A stretch of DNA of 64,000 bases from Eledone cirrhosa (taxonomy: Eukaryota), in contig OZ024740.1 of the NCBI GenBank assembly GCA_964016885.1, forward strand, positions 257,052,001 through 257,116,000, given 5' to 3'. This document shows positions 12,416 to 24,439 of this stretch, piece by piece. Every line of letters begins with the position of its first letter. The first letter of the stretch is position 1. The notes beneath the pieces were generated by a model. That model was not told where the DNA came from. It worked only from the letters and a program-made list of their open reading frames with translations, and searched no databases. The position numbers were made by a program, and so were the translations under genes.

Positions 12416-14163
12416 GTGAAAAATTGAAGAATAACATGGTAAGCTGTACAAAAAGGGATTTATTTACAGTATTAACAATTGTTTCATTGATTAGATATCT
12501 CTAAAGGCCGCTAATCCCTCGAAGTTGTGTCACTCGATCTTAAATACAGTGTTTGTCTGATCAAATCATCGGAATACTAAATAATTCACACGCGGTGTTT
12601 GAATTTATAGATACAACGGAGAATCCGAACAACAGCATCAATAATAAAATAAAGAGAAAAAAATAAATAAAGAAGTTAGAATGAAGATGATAACAAATAA
12701 GTAAATAAAATATATACGTGAAAAAATACGAACATAAGACGATTGTTGATAATAGTGGTGGTGATGGTGCTGGTGGTTAAAATTATAGTGGTGAGTAAGT
12801 ATAAAGATGTGATGAGGGTATAAATACTATTAATATTATTAAATTTATACATATGTAGTGGTTAAATTTCAGAGAGTTAGAATAGGAGGAAAAAATATAA
12901 TAAAAAATAACCGATAAAAGATAAAAATAATAAATTAGAAATTAAGTGAAAGGTGAAGAGATAGCATAGGATACAGAGAGTGGGGGTGAATAGCTTTAGG
13001 GAGAGAGTGTGAGAGAAAGGTTAGGAGATTTATGATGTTGATTTAGTGATTAGTTGGTCTGTTGACAGTTAATAATAGTGGGTTGGGGTGGTATATAGTT
13101 ATTATAATATACTCTAAGTGGTTCAGTTTGAATTATGTGATTTCTGGATCGAATCATGTTGGTTTGAAATTTTCAAATTTAGTAGCTGCTTTGTGCCTAC
13201 AGAAAATTGATCGTTCTATTTTGCTGCTAAGCAGCATTTTGTCATACTTTAAAATATGGAACAGATCCATATTGCAAAGTCCGCAGTGGGACATTCCATC
13301 ATCGTAGTCCTTTGCTCCCGATAATTTCGACCAGCTAATCCTGTATTCTTTATTCTTGGCTTGTGTCCCTAAGCTGCCAGATTCTATTGGCCAGCGTAGA
13401 TGAGGTCTCTACTCTACAGTTCTTCAGAGAATGTCTGTGAACATACAATCTTTTTTTGAATTCCCCAGCCGTAGAACCTTTGTAGTGTCATGCTAAGTTG
13501 CTCGAATTGATAGTACACAGGTACACTATACTTGATTCCAGGCATCTATTTTGTAGTGGATGCATCCGGTAAGTGGCAGTTACATTCGGAGACCTTCCTG
13601 TGTGCAGGTTCTTCGTTGCGGCTTTTATATTGTTATGGGTGGGTTGAGATTTAGGATAGTTGATGTTTTGTTGTGATGTGTTCTGACGTGTGTGTGGTTG
13701 TGATGTTGTTATGAGTTTGCGTTTTCTAATTGGTGCTATGGTGTATGTTGATAGGTTATTTTAAATAGTTGATTTTATGTATGTGTGATTCTATGTTGGC
13801 TGCAGTAGAGTAAGAGAGTTTGATAGTTTTTCTGATAAAGATTTTATGGTATTTGTGTAGATTAGGGAAGTGTTTGTCAATTAGCTTAAAGAATGCAGAA
13901 GGTAGTTTGTTTTTTTTAGAGGAGTTGAATATTGGATTGAACCATGAGTATTTCCTGTCTCTGGATTTTCTATAGTTCCTAGGGGTCTCTATATTAGTGT
14001 TCGGTTCAGTTATTTCTGGTGCTCGTTGTCTATTTCTATGTTTAGTCCTATATTGCTATTTCTATAGGTGTGGGTAGTGTAGCTGTCGCTAGGTATGTTG
14101 CTGTTGTCTCCATTTGGTATGTATTTGAGCCCCTCCTTATGGCCTGCCTTAAGTAAAGCTATG
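12416..14163 (-). mobile_element. PLE family 3, 5'-truncated and frameshifted (RT-thumb linker, GIY-YIG, 3' UTR)
   Basis: Reads RKYSWFNP..FKLIDKHFP..IKLSYST, then CNC..RCLESSIVYLCTI..YKGSTAGEFKKRL; homologous to ORF 33744-35444; (TA)n at both ends. Confidence 0.85.
12469..12577 (-). ncRNA. Type I hammerhead with long stem II and CCGAUGA core
   Basis: gtatt-CCGATGA-T-TTGATCAG...CTAATCAA-T-GAAA-CAATTG-TT-aatac. Confidence 0.72.
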
Positions 14164-14267
<104 letters not shown>

Positions 14268-14315
14268 GTAGAACATTGGAAGGTAATATCCGTAGTGGTA
14301 GAGCACTCAGTGGAT

Positions 14316-14358
14316 TACGAGCTGAGGATCCCCTAAGGTGAAACAATTGTTCTCGGTA
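14316..14358 (+). ncRNA. Minimal type I hammerhead in a ~125-bp insert (14264-14388) between (TA)n tracts
   Basis: cgag-CTGAGGA-T-CC-cctaa-GG-T-GAAA-CAATTG-TT-ctcg. Confidence 0.85.
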
Positions 14359-14383
14359 TGGTGAACTAACTGATGTGTAACCA

Positions 14384-14472
<89 letters not shown>

Positions 14473-14861
14473 GACGTGTGTAACCACTTCTATATACGAC
14501 GGGCTTACGCAGTTTCTGTATAAGCTTACTTTCTATTTGTACTTGTTTCAAAACTTGACTTCATACTTTGAATGAACACGGGCTTGACTGAGTGGTTAAG
14601 GAAACTACTTTCAAATCATGATATCCCATGTTCAATCTCACACTAAAACATCGTGATACCGTAGCAATAGATTGATACAAACACTGTGACAGAAATAGAG
14701 GAGAGACAAAAATGTGAGGAAGCCCGTCGTAAGCATTATATCTGTTTGTCACACTTTGTTTACACATTTTAAGATTGGGAATTATATCAATGCTAAACTT
14801 GCCTGTGGAGTACTCAGCAGCTGTCATGTTCATGGTAATTTAGTGTCATTACTTAAATTCA

Positions 14862-15080
14862 AGGGTGGTGGATTGGTAGTATCGGTAGAGCGTCGGACAA
14901 GATGCATTGCGGCATATAGTTACGTCCTTTTACCTTCTGAATTTAAATCCCACCGAGGTCTGCTTTGCTTTTTATCCTTATTGGCTCTATAAAATAAAGT
15001 ATTGATAACGCCCTGGAGTCGATTAAATCGTTTTCTCCCTTAATACGGTGGGCCTTGTGCCTAAAATCAAAAGAATTATT
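14862..15080 (+). mobile_element. CORE-type SINE, diverged variant
   Basis: gggtggtggattggtagtatcggtagagc...gaatttaaatcccaccgagg...ggccttgtgcctaaaat. Confidence 0.75.
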
Positions 15081-15899
15081 TGTGTTCCCGTACTGGTGAA
15101 ATCCATATGCTGTATAGAGAATACAAACTTGTAACGATATGTTTTAAGATTGCTTCCCGTAGATAACCATACCATCCAGACAAATCTATTAACAACACTA
15201 ATGTTACCAAAGTGATATCTTATGTCAAACTTTCAATTGCTTATTTTCTATTCCTACATTCAATCTATATTCTCTGTTCTTAATGTTTTATCTTTTCGTG
15301 TTTTCCTGTTCTTACCTGGCTTATCAAAACTGTACCTTACTTAATGAGATTATTTTTAATAATATAATTAAAATGATGTAGATTATAGAGAGATAATGAA
15401 ACTTAATGATCGGGTCATAGTTCTGAAAAAAATGATTTTAATATAATTTACCTATTGAAAAAGAATTAATTTTCTAAACTAAAAATCATCAAAATTAAAC
15501 GGTCAAAATCCCTAAACAAAGGTGGCAAAATAATCAAAATTTCACTTTTATAAATCTTCGCATTCATAAATAACTTTTTCCTTTTCTCGCATTTCTATTT
15601 AGTCAGTTAATCTTTATTTAGATGTATCAATTATCTCAGAATATATAATGAAATTCTGTACTTTGGATAATAAATGATATCAGGAGAGACTTTTTTTACG
15701 ATTTCATTTAACTTGTGAAATCTCTTGATTAAAGCTGCACTTTCATTAATTACTACAGTAATTAGCAAGAAAAATTAGAGTATAAACAAAAATTTGACAC
15801 GAATTTCTAAGGTTTTATAAGATTTATTAATGTCAATGTTTACATTGAATCAACATACAAATAGGCATACATACATCCACATTACGCGCGTGCACACAC

Positions 15900-15999
<100 letters not shown>

Positions 16000-16104
16000 T
16001 GAGAATGGGAAGCTATAGTGGGTTAGACATCACACCATCACAATTTTATCTGATATATCATTTCGTATCATTTCTAAAATGTGTTTATACCGTTGTTATG
16101 GTAG

Positions 16105-16350
16105 TGTGTGAAGGCACGTCGTTTAAGTGATAGTGTATTAAGTTCACACTCGTAAGGTCGTGAGTTCATTTCCACCGGTGCGTTATCCATCTCATGTTTT
16201 TCCAAACCTGTCAGCTGGGGAAAAATATAATTCAGTGTTGTCATGCTGAATATCTTCGAAAGCTACATAAAGAGTATACGTGTTTGTAGAATGCTCAATA
16301 CACTGGAACATTTCTCGTTGGAACCAACGGAGATCCAACAACATCACAGA
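16105..16350 (+). mobile_element. Second tRNA-derived SINE family, degenerate
   Basis: Head gaaggcacgtcgtttaagtg...aaggtcgtgagttcatttcc with A/B-box spacing. Confidence 0.45.
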
Positions 16351-16787
16351 TCTCGGTAATGTAGTGGTGCTGTGGTTCTATTGTTGGCGTGTGGTATGAT
16401 GGTATTTTTGTTTGTGTGGTGAGGGTGGTAGTAGTTGAGTATTGGTATGTATAGTGGTATCGCAGGAGAAGTTTGGTGGTGTTTTACAGAGGTTTTGTGG
16501 TAGTTATTGTAGTTAATGTCGTGGCATAGATGTTATATCAAGGCAGAGATGTAGCTGTGTTTTAAAGAGATATCAAACAAGACCTCGTCACGGACCACAC
16601 TTAAAGACCAGCCGGGTTTGACCTTCCAAGAAAGCAATGGTTGTCTCTTAATCGGAGCCGCAAAACACATGGCCGGACATCCCATCATCTCCATCGAGAT
16701 GAAAGACAGACCATCATGTGACAGGCAGTACTGTAAGTTGTTCTAGACTGTCCTCTCAGACGTTTTCGTGGCTGCTTGGAGACAATA

Positions 16788-16890
16788 GATAATTGTTTCT
16801 ACTTTAGGCACAAGGCCAGCAATTACCCAGTGCATTACTGGTACTTTATTTTATCGACCCCGTAAGGATGAAAGGCAAAGTCAACCTCGA
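16788..16890 (-). mobile_element. CORE-type SINE 3' half
   Basis: Matches the 3' half of the 10253-10438 copy. Confidence 0.8.
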
Positions 16891-19057
16891 TAATGCTGAA
16901 AATGACGTCTTGGTCTGGCTCGACTATTGTGCATGTCAAACGACAAGAAGAAGAGAGATGTCGTGTTAGCCGATGCTGTAGCATTGTAGAAGTAGTTGCT
17001 CTCGTGGGAGTGTATAAACAGATATATGATCTAAATTGTTAAAACAGTTACTTTCCTGTTTTTTCAGAGGAATGTATTATCCAAAGGGTCCTTCCACTTT
17101 TCAGAATGGTAGGATGTAATTTGAGGAAATTTTGGCTGCCATTGCCAGCAGATCGAGTGATTATGTCGTTGATTCATAGAGCTAAGAGATTAATTTTATT
17201 GTTTATTTTATAGGTTTGCAGGATTATGTTTAACTTGAGGATGATGCCTATATTGACAAAGTGTTACCTTCTATAGGATATTTGAGAGTATTACGTCACG
17301 TCACCTGCCTAATGTTATGCTGGAGATAGATCTAAGTATGTACGGTCCCTTAATTCCTGATGAAGTCGTAAAGACGCCATATTGACATATGGTGTTTCTA
17401 TGGTATTTTAAAACGAGGCAGAGCTCATTTCCACTCCAGGTCTGGATACAGCACATTTTTTCCAGAGAAGGTTAGAATGAAAGAAAAGAAGTGAGAAAGA
17501 GATATAAAGGAAAAATCGAACCGACCCCAGTACAATACTGGTACTTTATTTAACGACCTTAAATATATGAAAGGCAAAGTTGACCTCAGCAGGATTTGAA
17601 CTCAGATCATTCTATCTGATATTCTAATGACTCTGCTAATTCGCCGCCTGGTGGAGCTAGATACGAAACACTAAATTAATAAAAAGAACACTGAATCCCT
17701 TAAACCCCGACCTAAAATGTCGATTGTTACAATGACACAGTCATTACGGTGTCGAATTACCATGCCTCAGTATTTATTGCAACTGATTGTACTCTGAGTT
17801 CAAATACCACCTATGTCAACATTGCCTTTCATCCTTTTCCAGTTTATAAATAAATGATCATTCCAGTATTACATTGGATTCTTCTTAATTTTTTATTTCA
17901 CTTTCTCTCTGTCTCTTACCTTCTCAGGATGAAATCGGTTGTGTACAGTCAGAGATTTGGATGTGCTCCACTGAAATAAACAGCCCAAGAGATGGTTTGG
18001 AGCCTCTGCAAGTTCATCAGGAGAAACGTTCCTTCCTATTCTTTGTAGATACATATAAAATGCGATCAGCAGTTGCCCAGAGTTGTCATCAAGATATTAC
18101 CTTGTAATGCGGCATTATGCTATTGTTAAAAAAGACATTCAAAATTGCCATCCGTAAAGAATCCCCCTGTCCTGGTGAAAATGTAACACATTGAATATAT
18201 ACATAAATATCAACAGGTAATATATATCTGTGTAACCTTTCCAGCAACATATTCTTCAAGTATAAAGACTGCGAGCTTCACCAGAAGATGATAACTTGTC
18301 AACTAAAATCAGCGAAAAGGCCAATATTTACGGATCAAAACCACAATAATACCAATAATAACTTCGTTACCCACATGTCTAAAAGACAACAGTAATAAGA
18401 ATAAGCACAATATTTTACAGACACATTTGTATCGTATACAGGAACAGACAGCACAAACACCACAACAATACCAGTAATAGCTTCGTTAACAACTCTAAAA
18501 TACAACAGTAAAATAGCAAAGACAATATTTTACGAACGCATTTTTAACATATATAGCAAAAACAGACGGCGTAAGTGGATTTATGGTATTAGATGTCTAA
18601 CGTAACTATATTAGTGGCATTTAACAGATCTTTGGGTGATAAATAAGAGATTATAAACACGACTTAAGTCGTTTTAATGTATAATGATGATAATATAAAG
18701 TATTATCTTATCGTCAAAGAAATTCTCAAGTTGCTCTCTGTTCTATCAATATTCTCTCTATGATTTAGGTTTAACTCTTTATATACACACAACATTTTAT
18801 ACACACGGGCCCCACACATAAGGAACTAGAATGCTTTCCTGAAGAAGAAGGGAAGAGTACCACAGCAAAAATAAGGTAGTGAAAACATCAAGTACAGAGT
18901 GTACATTTATTTCAAATGGAAATGACATCTAATAGACAGGTACAGTTTCATACGGTTGAAATCAACAGGAAATCATGGTTTTAATGGATATGTTCTTCAT
19001 ATATCCATGATAAAACCCACGGACATTATGCAGTGCTCTGCTATTTACTGCAGAAAG

Positions 19058-19156
<99 letters not shown>

Positions 19157-19289
19157 CACACACGCATATATACACAAATATCTTCTATGCTTAAAGGAAC
19201 TACGAAACATGTGCCCTCGAACCTCCGCCTTGGGAAGCAGATTTTGAAAGTCAAATCCGTTTTTCTCTGGATCGCTCAGTTTCGGAGCC

Positions 19290-19700
19290 TATCTGTGACA
19301 TGACGATTGCAGCGTCTTCACAGACGATTGTCGTCACCTATTGATTGTTCATTGTCATCGTATCTGCGTTCATGAATTCATAGATGACTTTGTAGGTCAG
19401 CTGTAGATCTGCATGGTTTACGACACAGGTGACAGAAGAGAGTTGTGCTTTCCAGAGGACCGGTGGTGCCACTCTGTGGGACACAATCTTTATGTACCAC
19501 CATGTTGTTTTAGTACGGAACTAGTTCTACACAAGTTGTTGCATATCATGCACGTTGTTTCGCCAGGTCTTTGTTGAGTGATGTTGCAGGTGGTTATCCT
19601 TTGATGTGACTTCAGGTGATTAATATAACCAGCCTTTATATAACCAGTACAGGCTGACAGAAATAGCATGCCCAACTACCGATGACATCATCAAGACAGC
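19290..19700 (-). pseudogene. Degenerate C2H2 zinc-finger-coding stretch, probably a LINE C-terminal tail
   Basis: ...AGYINHLKSH, CMICNNLCRTSSVLKQH and CHLCRKPCRSTADLQSHL*IH across frames; no TGEKP linkers. Confidence 0.45.
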
Positions 19701-20099
19701 GAGCACAGCCCTTCCGGAGCTGACGCTTCTGCCACGTACATACAAACATACAGTAAAAATATGTAAAACATTCCAAAAATCCTGCATGCATACACATCTG
19801 CCTAGTTGATATTGTTTAAATTCCAATGAGAGAGTATTCTATCTATGTTAGAAACCGACTTTCTCTATTGGTAAACATTTATAAAATTATGAAACCAGAA
19901 GAACATGCATACATACACTCTCAAATGTGTGTACATACATACATAAAACAGTCAACGCGATCAGTCGCACATTTTGGTGTGGGAGACTATTCATTAAATT
20001 TAAGGTGAATACTATCTCCGACAGTAAAGCCAGATAACTGGATATTCTTCTAACTATATCCACTGAAGAGACCTTTTATTCGAATTCATAGAGATATCC

Positions 20100-22050
20100 G
20101 ACTAAATACATAATTCAATTTACAAGGATTTGCTACAAATAGTATGGCTGAGCACAACATCAACAACAACAACATTAGTGGAATACCGAAGAAAAACAAC
20201 AACGAATAAGGTAAAAAAAATTATTCAGTTGTAGCTACAGAAGGAACCGAAATTATAAATCGCATTTCTCTTGGAGTTGTAAACTTAAGGATGATTTATT
20301 TAATTGTTATAAAATGGCAACAAAAACATCCCTCCATTGGCTATATGAACAGAATGAAGCTACACTGGGACGAAATGCACCCAGAGCTAAATTATTTCAC
20401 AGCAAAACAATTACGCCAACAAGCGACGTTTGTTGAACGTAAAAATAAGATAAATATTATTAATTGTAAGTCTTTCAGGACAAACATGGAATCAACTACA
20501 CGTGCTACAGGTAACCATACTACTAACCCTCCTGGCAGCCATGTCGAACAGTGCCTTGAAACAATCATGCCTGTAAGAAATTTGACACCACCATCTAAAT
20601 CTACCTCGAATGCTGGGGAAAAAATACTATCAATAATAATAATAATCAATGTATAAACAATTGAAAATTTCCCTCAACGAAATCTTCCAGAGAGAAATTA
20701 ATTCCTGTATAAACATTTCACTTGCTGAACGTATTACAACAATATTTAATAAAATAAAACCAAAATAATGAAATATTACATGCTATTGACGAAATAGGGG
20801 ATGAATATTTACGACGGATAAAAACCCCAACATTTTGGCAAATCAACGCCTGTTTATATGCCTTAGCAGCGACAGTGAAGCATTATCTTGATGATAGCAG
20901 AAATATTAACAAGAACAAAACACCACTAAAAATACCCTCACATATAACTAAAATAGAAAAAAAGATTGCTGACCTACGAAAAACCATAGGATATGTGACA
21001 ATGCTCCTTACATGCAAACAAAAACAAAAAACTTTACTCCTCACCAACAAAGAGTGAAAAATAAAATAGAAACGATGTTTGGTAACAGTAGAACCAGAAC
21101 TCTCCAATATAAGCTGATCACCCTCAAACAGGAATTGAGAGCTGTCATCGAGAAACGTCGATACCAGAAGAGGGTGGCTGAAAGAAAAGTGCTTAATAAA
21201 AGATTCAAACGAAACCAAACATCAGTCTATAGAGATATGAAGGGCAAAATAATAAGTGTCCCTGAGGCCCCATCCCAGAAAGACTTAGATTCCTTTGGAA
21301 GAAAAATATGGAGTGGAAAGAAGAATTTCAACCAAGATGCAGTGTGGCTAAAAGAAATCCAAAAGAACTATTGCCCCTGCACTACAACAAAAACATACAA
21401 AATAAATGAGGATAGCCCTGAGACTGTGATAGGAAAACTCCAAGATAAGAAAACACCAGAAAGACACATAATTGTCGGCTACTGGTACAAAAAACTGATA
21501 TTCTATCGGAGGTATCTTATCGCCATCTACTAAGAAGTTCTCAAGGTAGATACACTTATATCAGAATGCTTGATATTAGCACAAACAATACTGGTCCCCA
21601 AGAACAAAGACACTCACTCGGCAAAAAACTACCGACTCATTGCATGTCCATTGATGTATAAGATGAATACAGCCTGCCTGAACCTATTTCTCCAAGATGA
21701 CTGAAAATAATATCATCATCACAGATGAACAAGCAGCTGGAAAGAAAGGGATTTGGGTGTGTGCTAAACAACTCCTAATCAACAAAAGTGCGATGTCGGA
21801 GGTGCGACAACTTAGGAGGAATATAGTTACAATCTGGCTGGACCACAAGGAAAGCTTTTGATTCTGTACCCCACTCTTGGATGATAGACGCCCTCCGACT
21901 TGCTGAAGTCCCAGACATTATTATCAGAGCCTTAGAGAGGCTGTCTTCTTCTTGGGCTACTATCCTAAAGTTAAAAACAGAGAAGGAGGACTCTATTTTC
22001 ACCGATAAAATAGAATATCCCAGAGGTGTATTTCAAGGAGACAGTCTCTG
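20100..22050 (+). mobile_element. R4/Dong-clade non-LTR retrotransposon, degenerate 5' half, truncated in RT
   Basis: GYMNRMKLHWDE.., PKNKD...KNYRLIAC, EQAAGKKG..QLLINK..WLD..KAFDSVPHSW, RGVFQGDSL; many stops and frameshifts. Confidence 0.8.
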
Positions 22051-22985
22051 AAGAAATAAAATTAAAAGTGGAAGACGATTTTATTACGAAAATGAGCAGA
22101 AAAATAAATAAAAATATGTAGTTTGCAGAATGCAATCCAGATTCGAATTCATACTCAGTTTGTGACACTGTACTGATGTATGCACAAAGGGTAGTAATAC
22201 CAGTCACACTACAAAAGCGAATATTAAAAGAATTTCACTTTGGTCATCCAGGAATATCAAGAACGAAAGCTCCTACCTATAATAATTTATGTATACTGTC
22301 CCTAAATGGATCAAGAGAAAAGTTGAGAAGTCGGTAAAATCATGCAGATGTTGTGCTCTGGCAGCAAAATCGCCCACCACAAAATTTGAACGTCGGCCAA
22401 AGACTAATATTCCATGATCCAGACTATATATATATTTCGAGTCCACTAAACAGATCTTATTATCTTGCAGCGGCAGAGAACTTTACTAAGTGTCCTGAAA
22501 TCTGTAAGAGTAAAGATCTAACCTCTTCAGTTACAGTGCGTTTTTTACATGAATTAATTGCAAGATACGGTATTTCTGATACCATAGTTCCTAGTAATGG
22601 GACACAATTCACTGCGTATCAATTAAAAAAAGAATTGTAAAATGTTCTCTATTGAACATGTTATCACTCCGCCGTATCTTTCAAGCGGAAGAAGAAAACA
22701 ATGAAATAATAGATGATTTAGCACTTCAACAACTCTTATGAGTATACCATGTAACGCCTAATCCTAATACCCCGGCAGGCATGGCACCTTCGGAATTGAT
22801 GTTCGCAAAGAAAATTAACTCAGTGTTTGACAAATTGTCACCGGGTCGAGAAATTGGCGACAAAGTGTCTTTTTAGAATGTATAAAAATGATAAAGAAAT
22901 TTGGGAACACGGCCTGATAAATAAACAAATTGGAAAAATGCTGTATATGGTAAATGTCACAAATGGGAACATAAGAGACATATAA
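22051..22985 (+). mobile_element. Ty3/Gypsy integrase remnant
   Basis: RVVIPVTLQKRILKEFHFGHPGI...VKSCRCC (H2C2 zinc motif) and ARYGISDTIVPSNGTQF. Confidence 0.8.
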
Positions 22986-23067
22986 ATCAGTAAAACATTA
23001 TTATTATTATTAAACCAGTAAAACATTATTATTATTATTAAATCAGTAAAACATTATTATTATTATT

Positions 23068-23265
23068 GCGGTTTGATTGGCAGTATCGGTAGAGGGTCGG
23101 ACGCCATGCTTTGACGCATTGAGTTACGGCCCTTGCTATTCTGAGTTCAAATCCCGCCGAGGTTAACTTTGCCTTTCATCCTTACGGGGTCGATAAAATA
23201 AAGTACCAGTAATACACTGGGTTATTTCTGGCTTTATGCCAAAAGTAGAAACAATTATTATTATT
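23068..23265 (+). mobile_element. CORE-type SINE preceded by three 28-bp AT-rich repeats (22983-23067)
   Basis: Near-identical to 10253-10438; upstream (taaatcagtaaaacattattattattat)x3. Confidence 0.9.
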
Positions 23266-24115
23266 TTCTTGGAGTCTCAGTCATTTAACTGCAAAGTCTG
23301 TTGAAATGAACATCAAGCCGCTACCTGCGGCCTCAGATATTCAGGACGTATCCGAGGGTTCCTGCTGCTCTTTGCAAGCATACTTTTTGAAGTGTTCCAA
23401 AAAAGGGGCTGGACTAATATTCTTTAACAATCCTTGAAAACTCTTTGAGATAGTACCTAGTGCGCCTATGACAATCGGGACGACCTTGATTTCATGGCAT
23501 TTCCAAATCCTTTTTAACTCCCACTTTAAATCCTGGTATCGGTTAATTTTCTCCTTTTCTTACACTCTTGTGTCAAAGGAGCAGGCTATATCTACAATCA
23601 GGCACGTTCTTTTTTCCTTATCAAAAGTAGCAATCCCTCTGTAGCTGTTTTAAGGTCTTCTCTTTTTAATCAGCTCCATTTCTGTGGATCTCTGAATTCC
23701 GTTTTCTTAAAAAGGGTGCTATAACAGGCTTTTTCGTGAAAGATGCTCTTCTTCTTTGTTATTACTTCCTCCTTGAACATCCTCTGGTCTATTGTCTCCT
23801 TCAGTACAACTTTCAGCATCGACTCCTTACTCTCAGACACATATTTGTGCAGACTGCTCTTCTCCATCTGAACACAGTCCTCTACGCTGATAAGAACTCT
23901 TCCAAATTCAGATTTCTTTAAGTAGAGTCTATCAACACCAGTCATCTTATGGAAAATGCTGTAGGTAGTCATTAGCTTCCTAGTCTTTCTATCCATTCTT
24001 CTAGATCAGTAACATTCCATTTGAGAATTCCCACACTGTACCTAATAATAGACACATCTCAGGAATTTACTGCACTTATGATATTCCTACTATTTAGATG
24101 TGATTTTCACATTCT
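23266..24115 (-). mobile_element. R4/Dong-clade 3' fragment with restriction-like endonuclease region
   Basis: MDRKTRKLMT..VDRLYLK..GR.LIS and CLIVDIAC..EKINRYQDLKWELKRIW..VVPIVIGALG; 3' end abuts (TAA)n. Confidence 0.85.
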
Positions 24116-24439
24116 ACAGCATTAAACATGAACAATAAACAATTATAACACTACATCCAACACAGCACCAGCATCACAGAGAAAAACTACACAACATCCC
24201 AAAAAGTCACACCATCCACACACTTACAAATCACACGTATCTCACGGAAATCATGCACAATCCTAAAGAAGAATACCCCAAAGACATCGGAGGTTTCAGA
24301 CAAACACTTTTCTGGAGGATATATAAGACATCCTTCTGGAGAGGGCCACAGACAATCAGAAGGGCGGAAAAACCATCATTCCCCCACAAGAACTGAGGTT
24401 AGTGATCTTTCCAAGCTTTTGCCACTCTTTTTCAACGTG

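Noticed and set aside
17355-17390. CTGATGA-A-GTC-gtaaa-GAC hammerhead-like start
   Set aside because: GAAA is replaced by GCCA and there is no convincing stem I; at most a relic.
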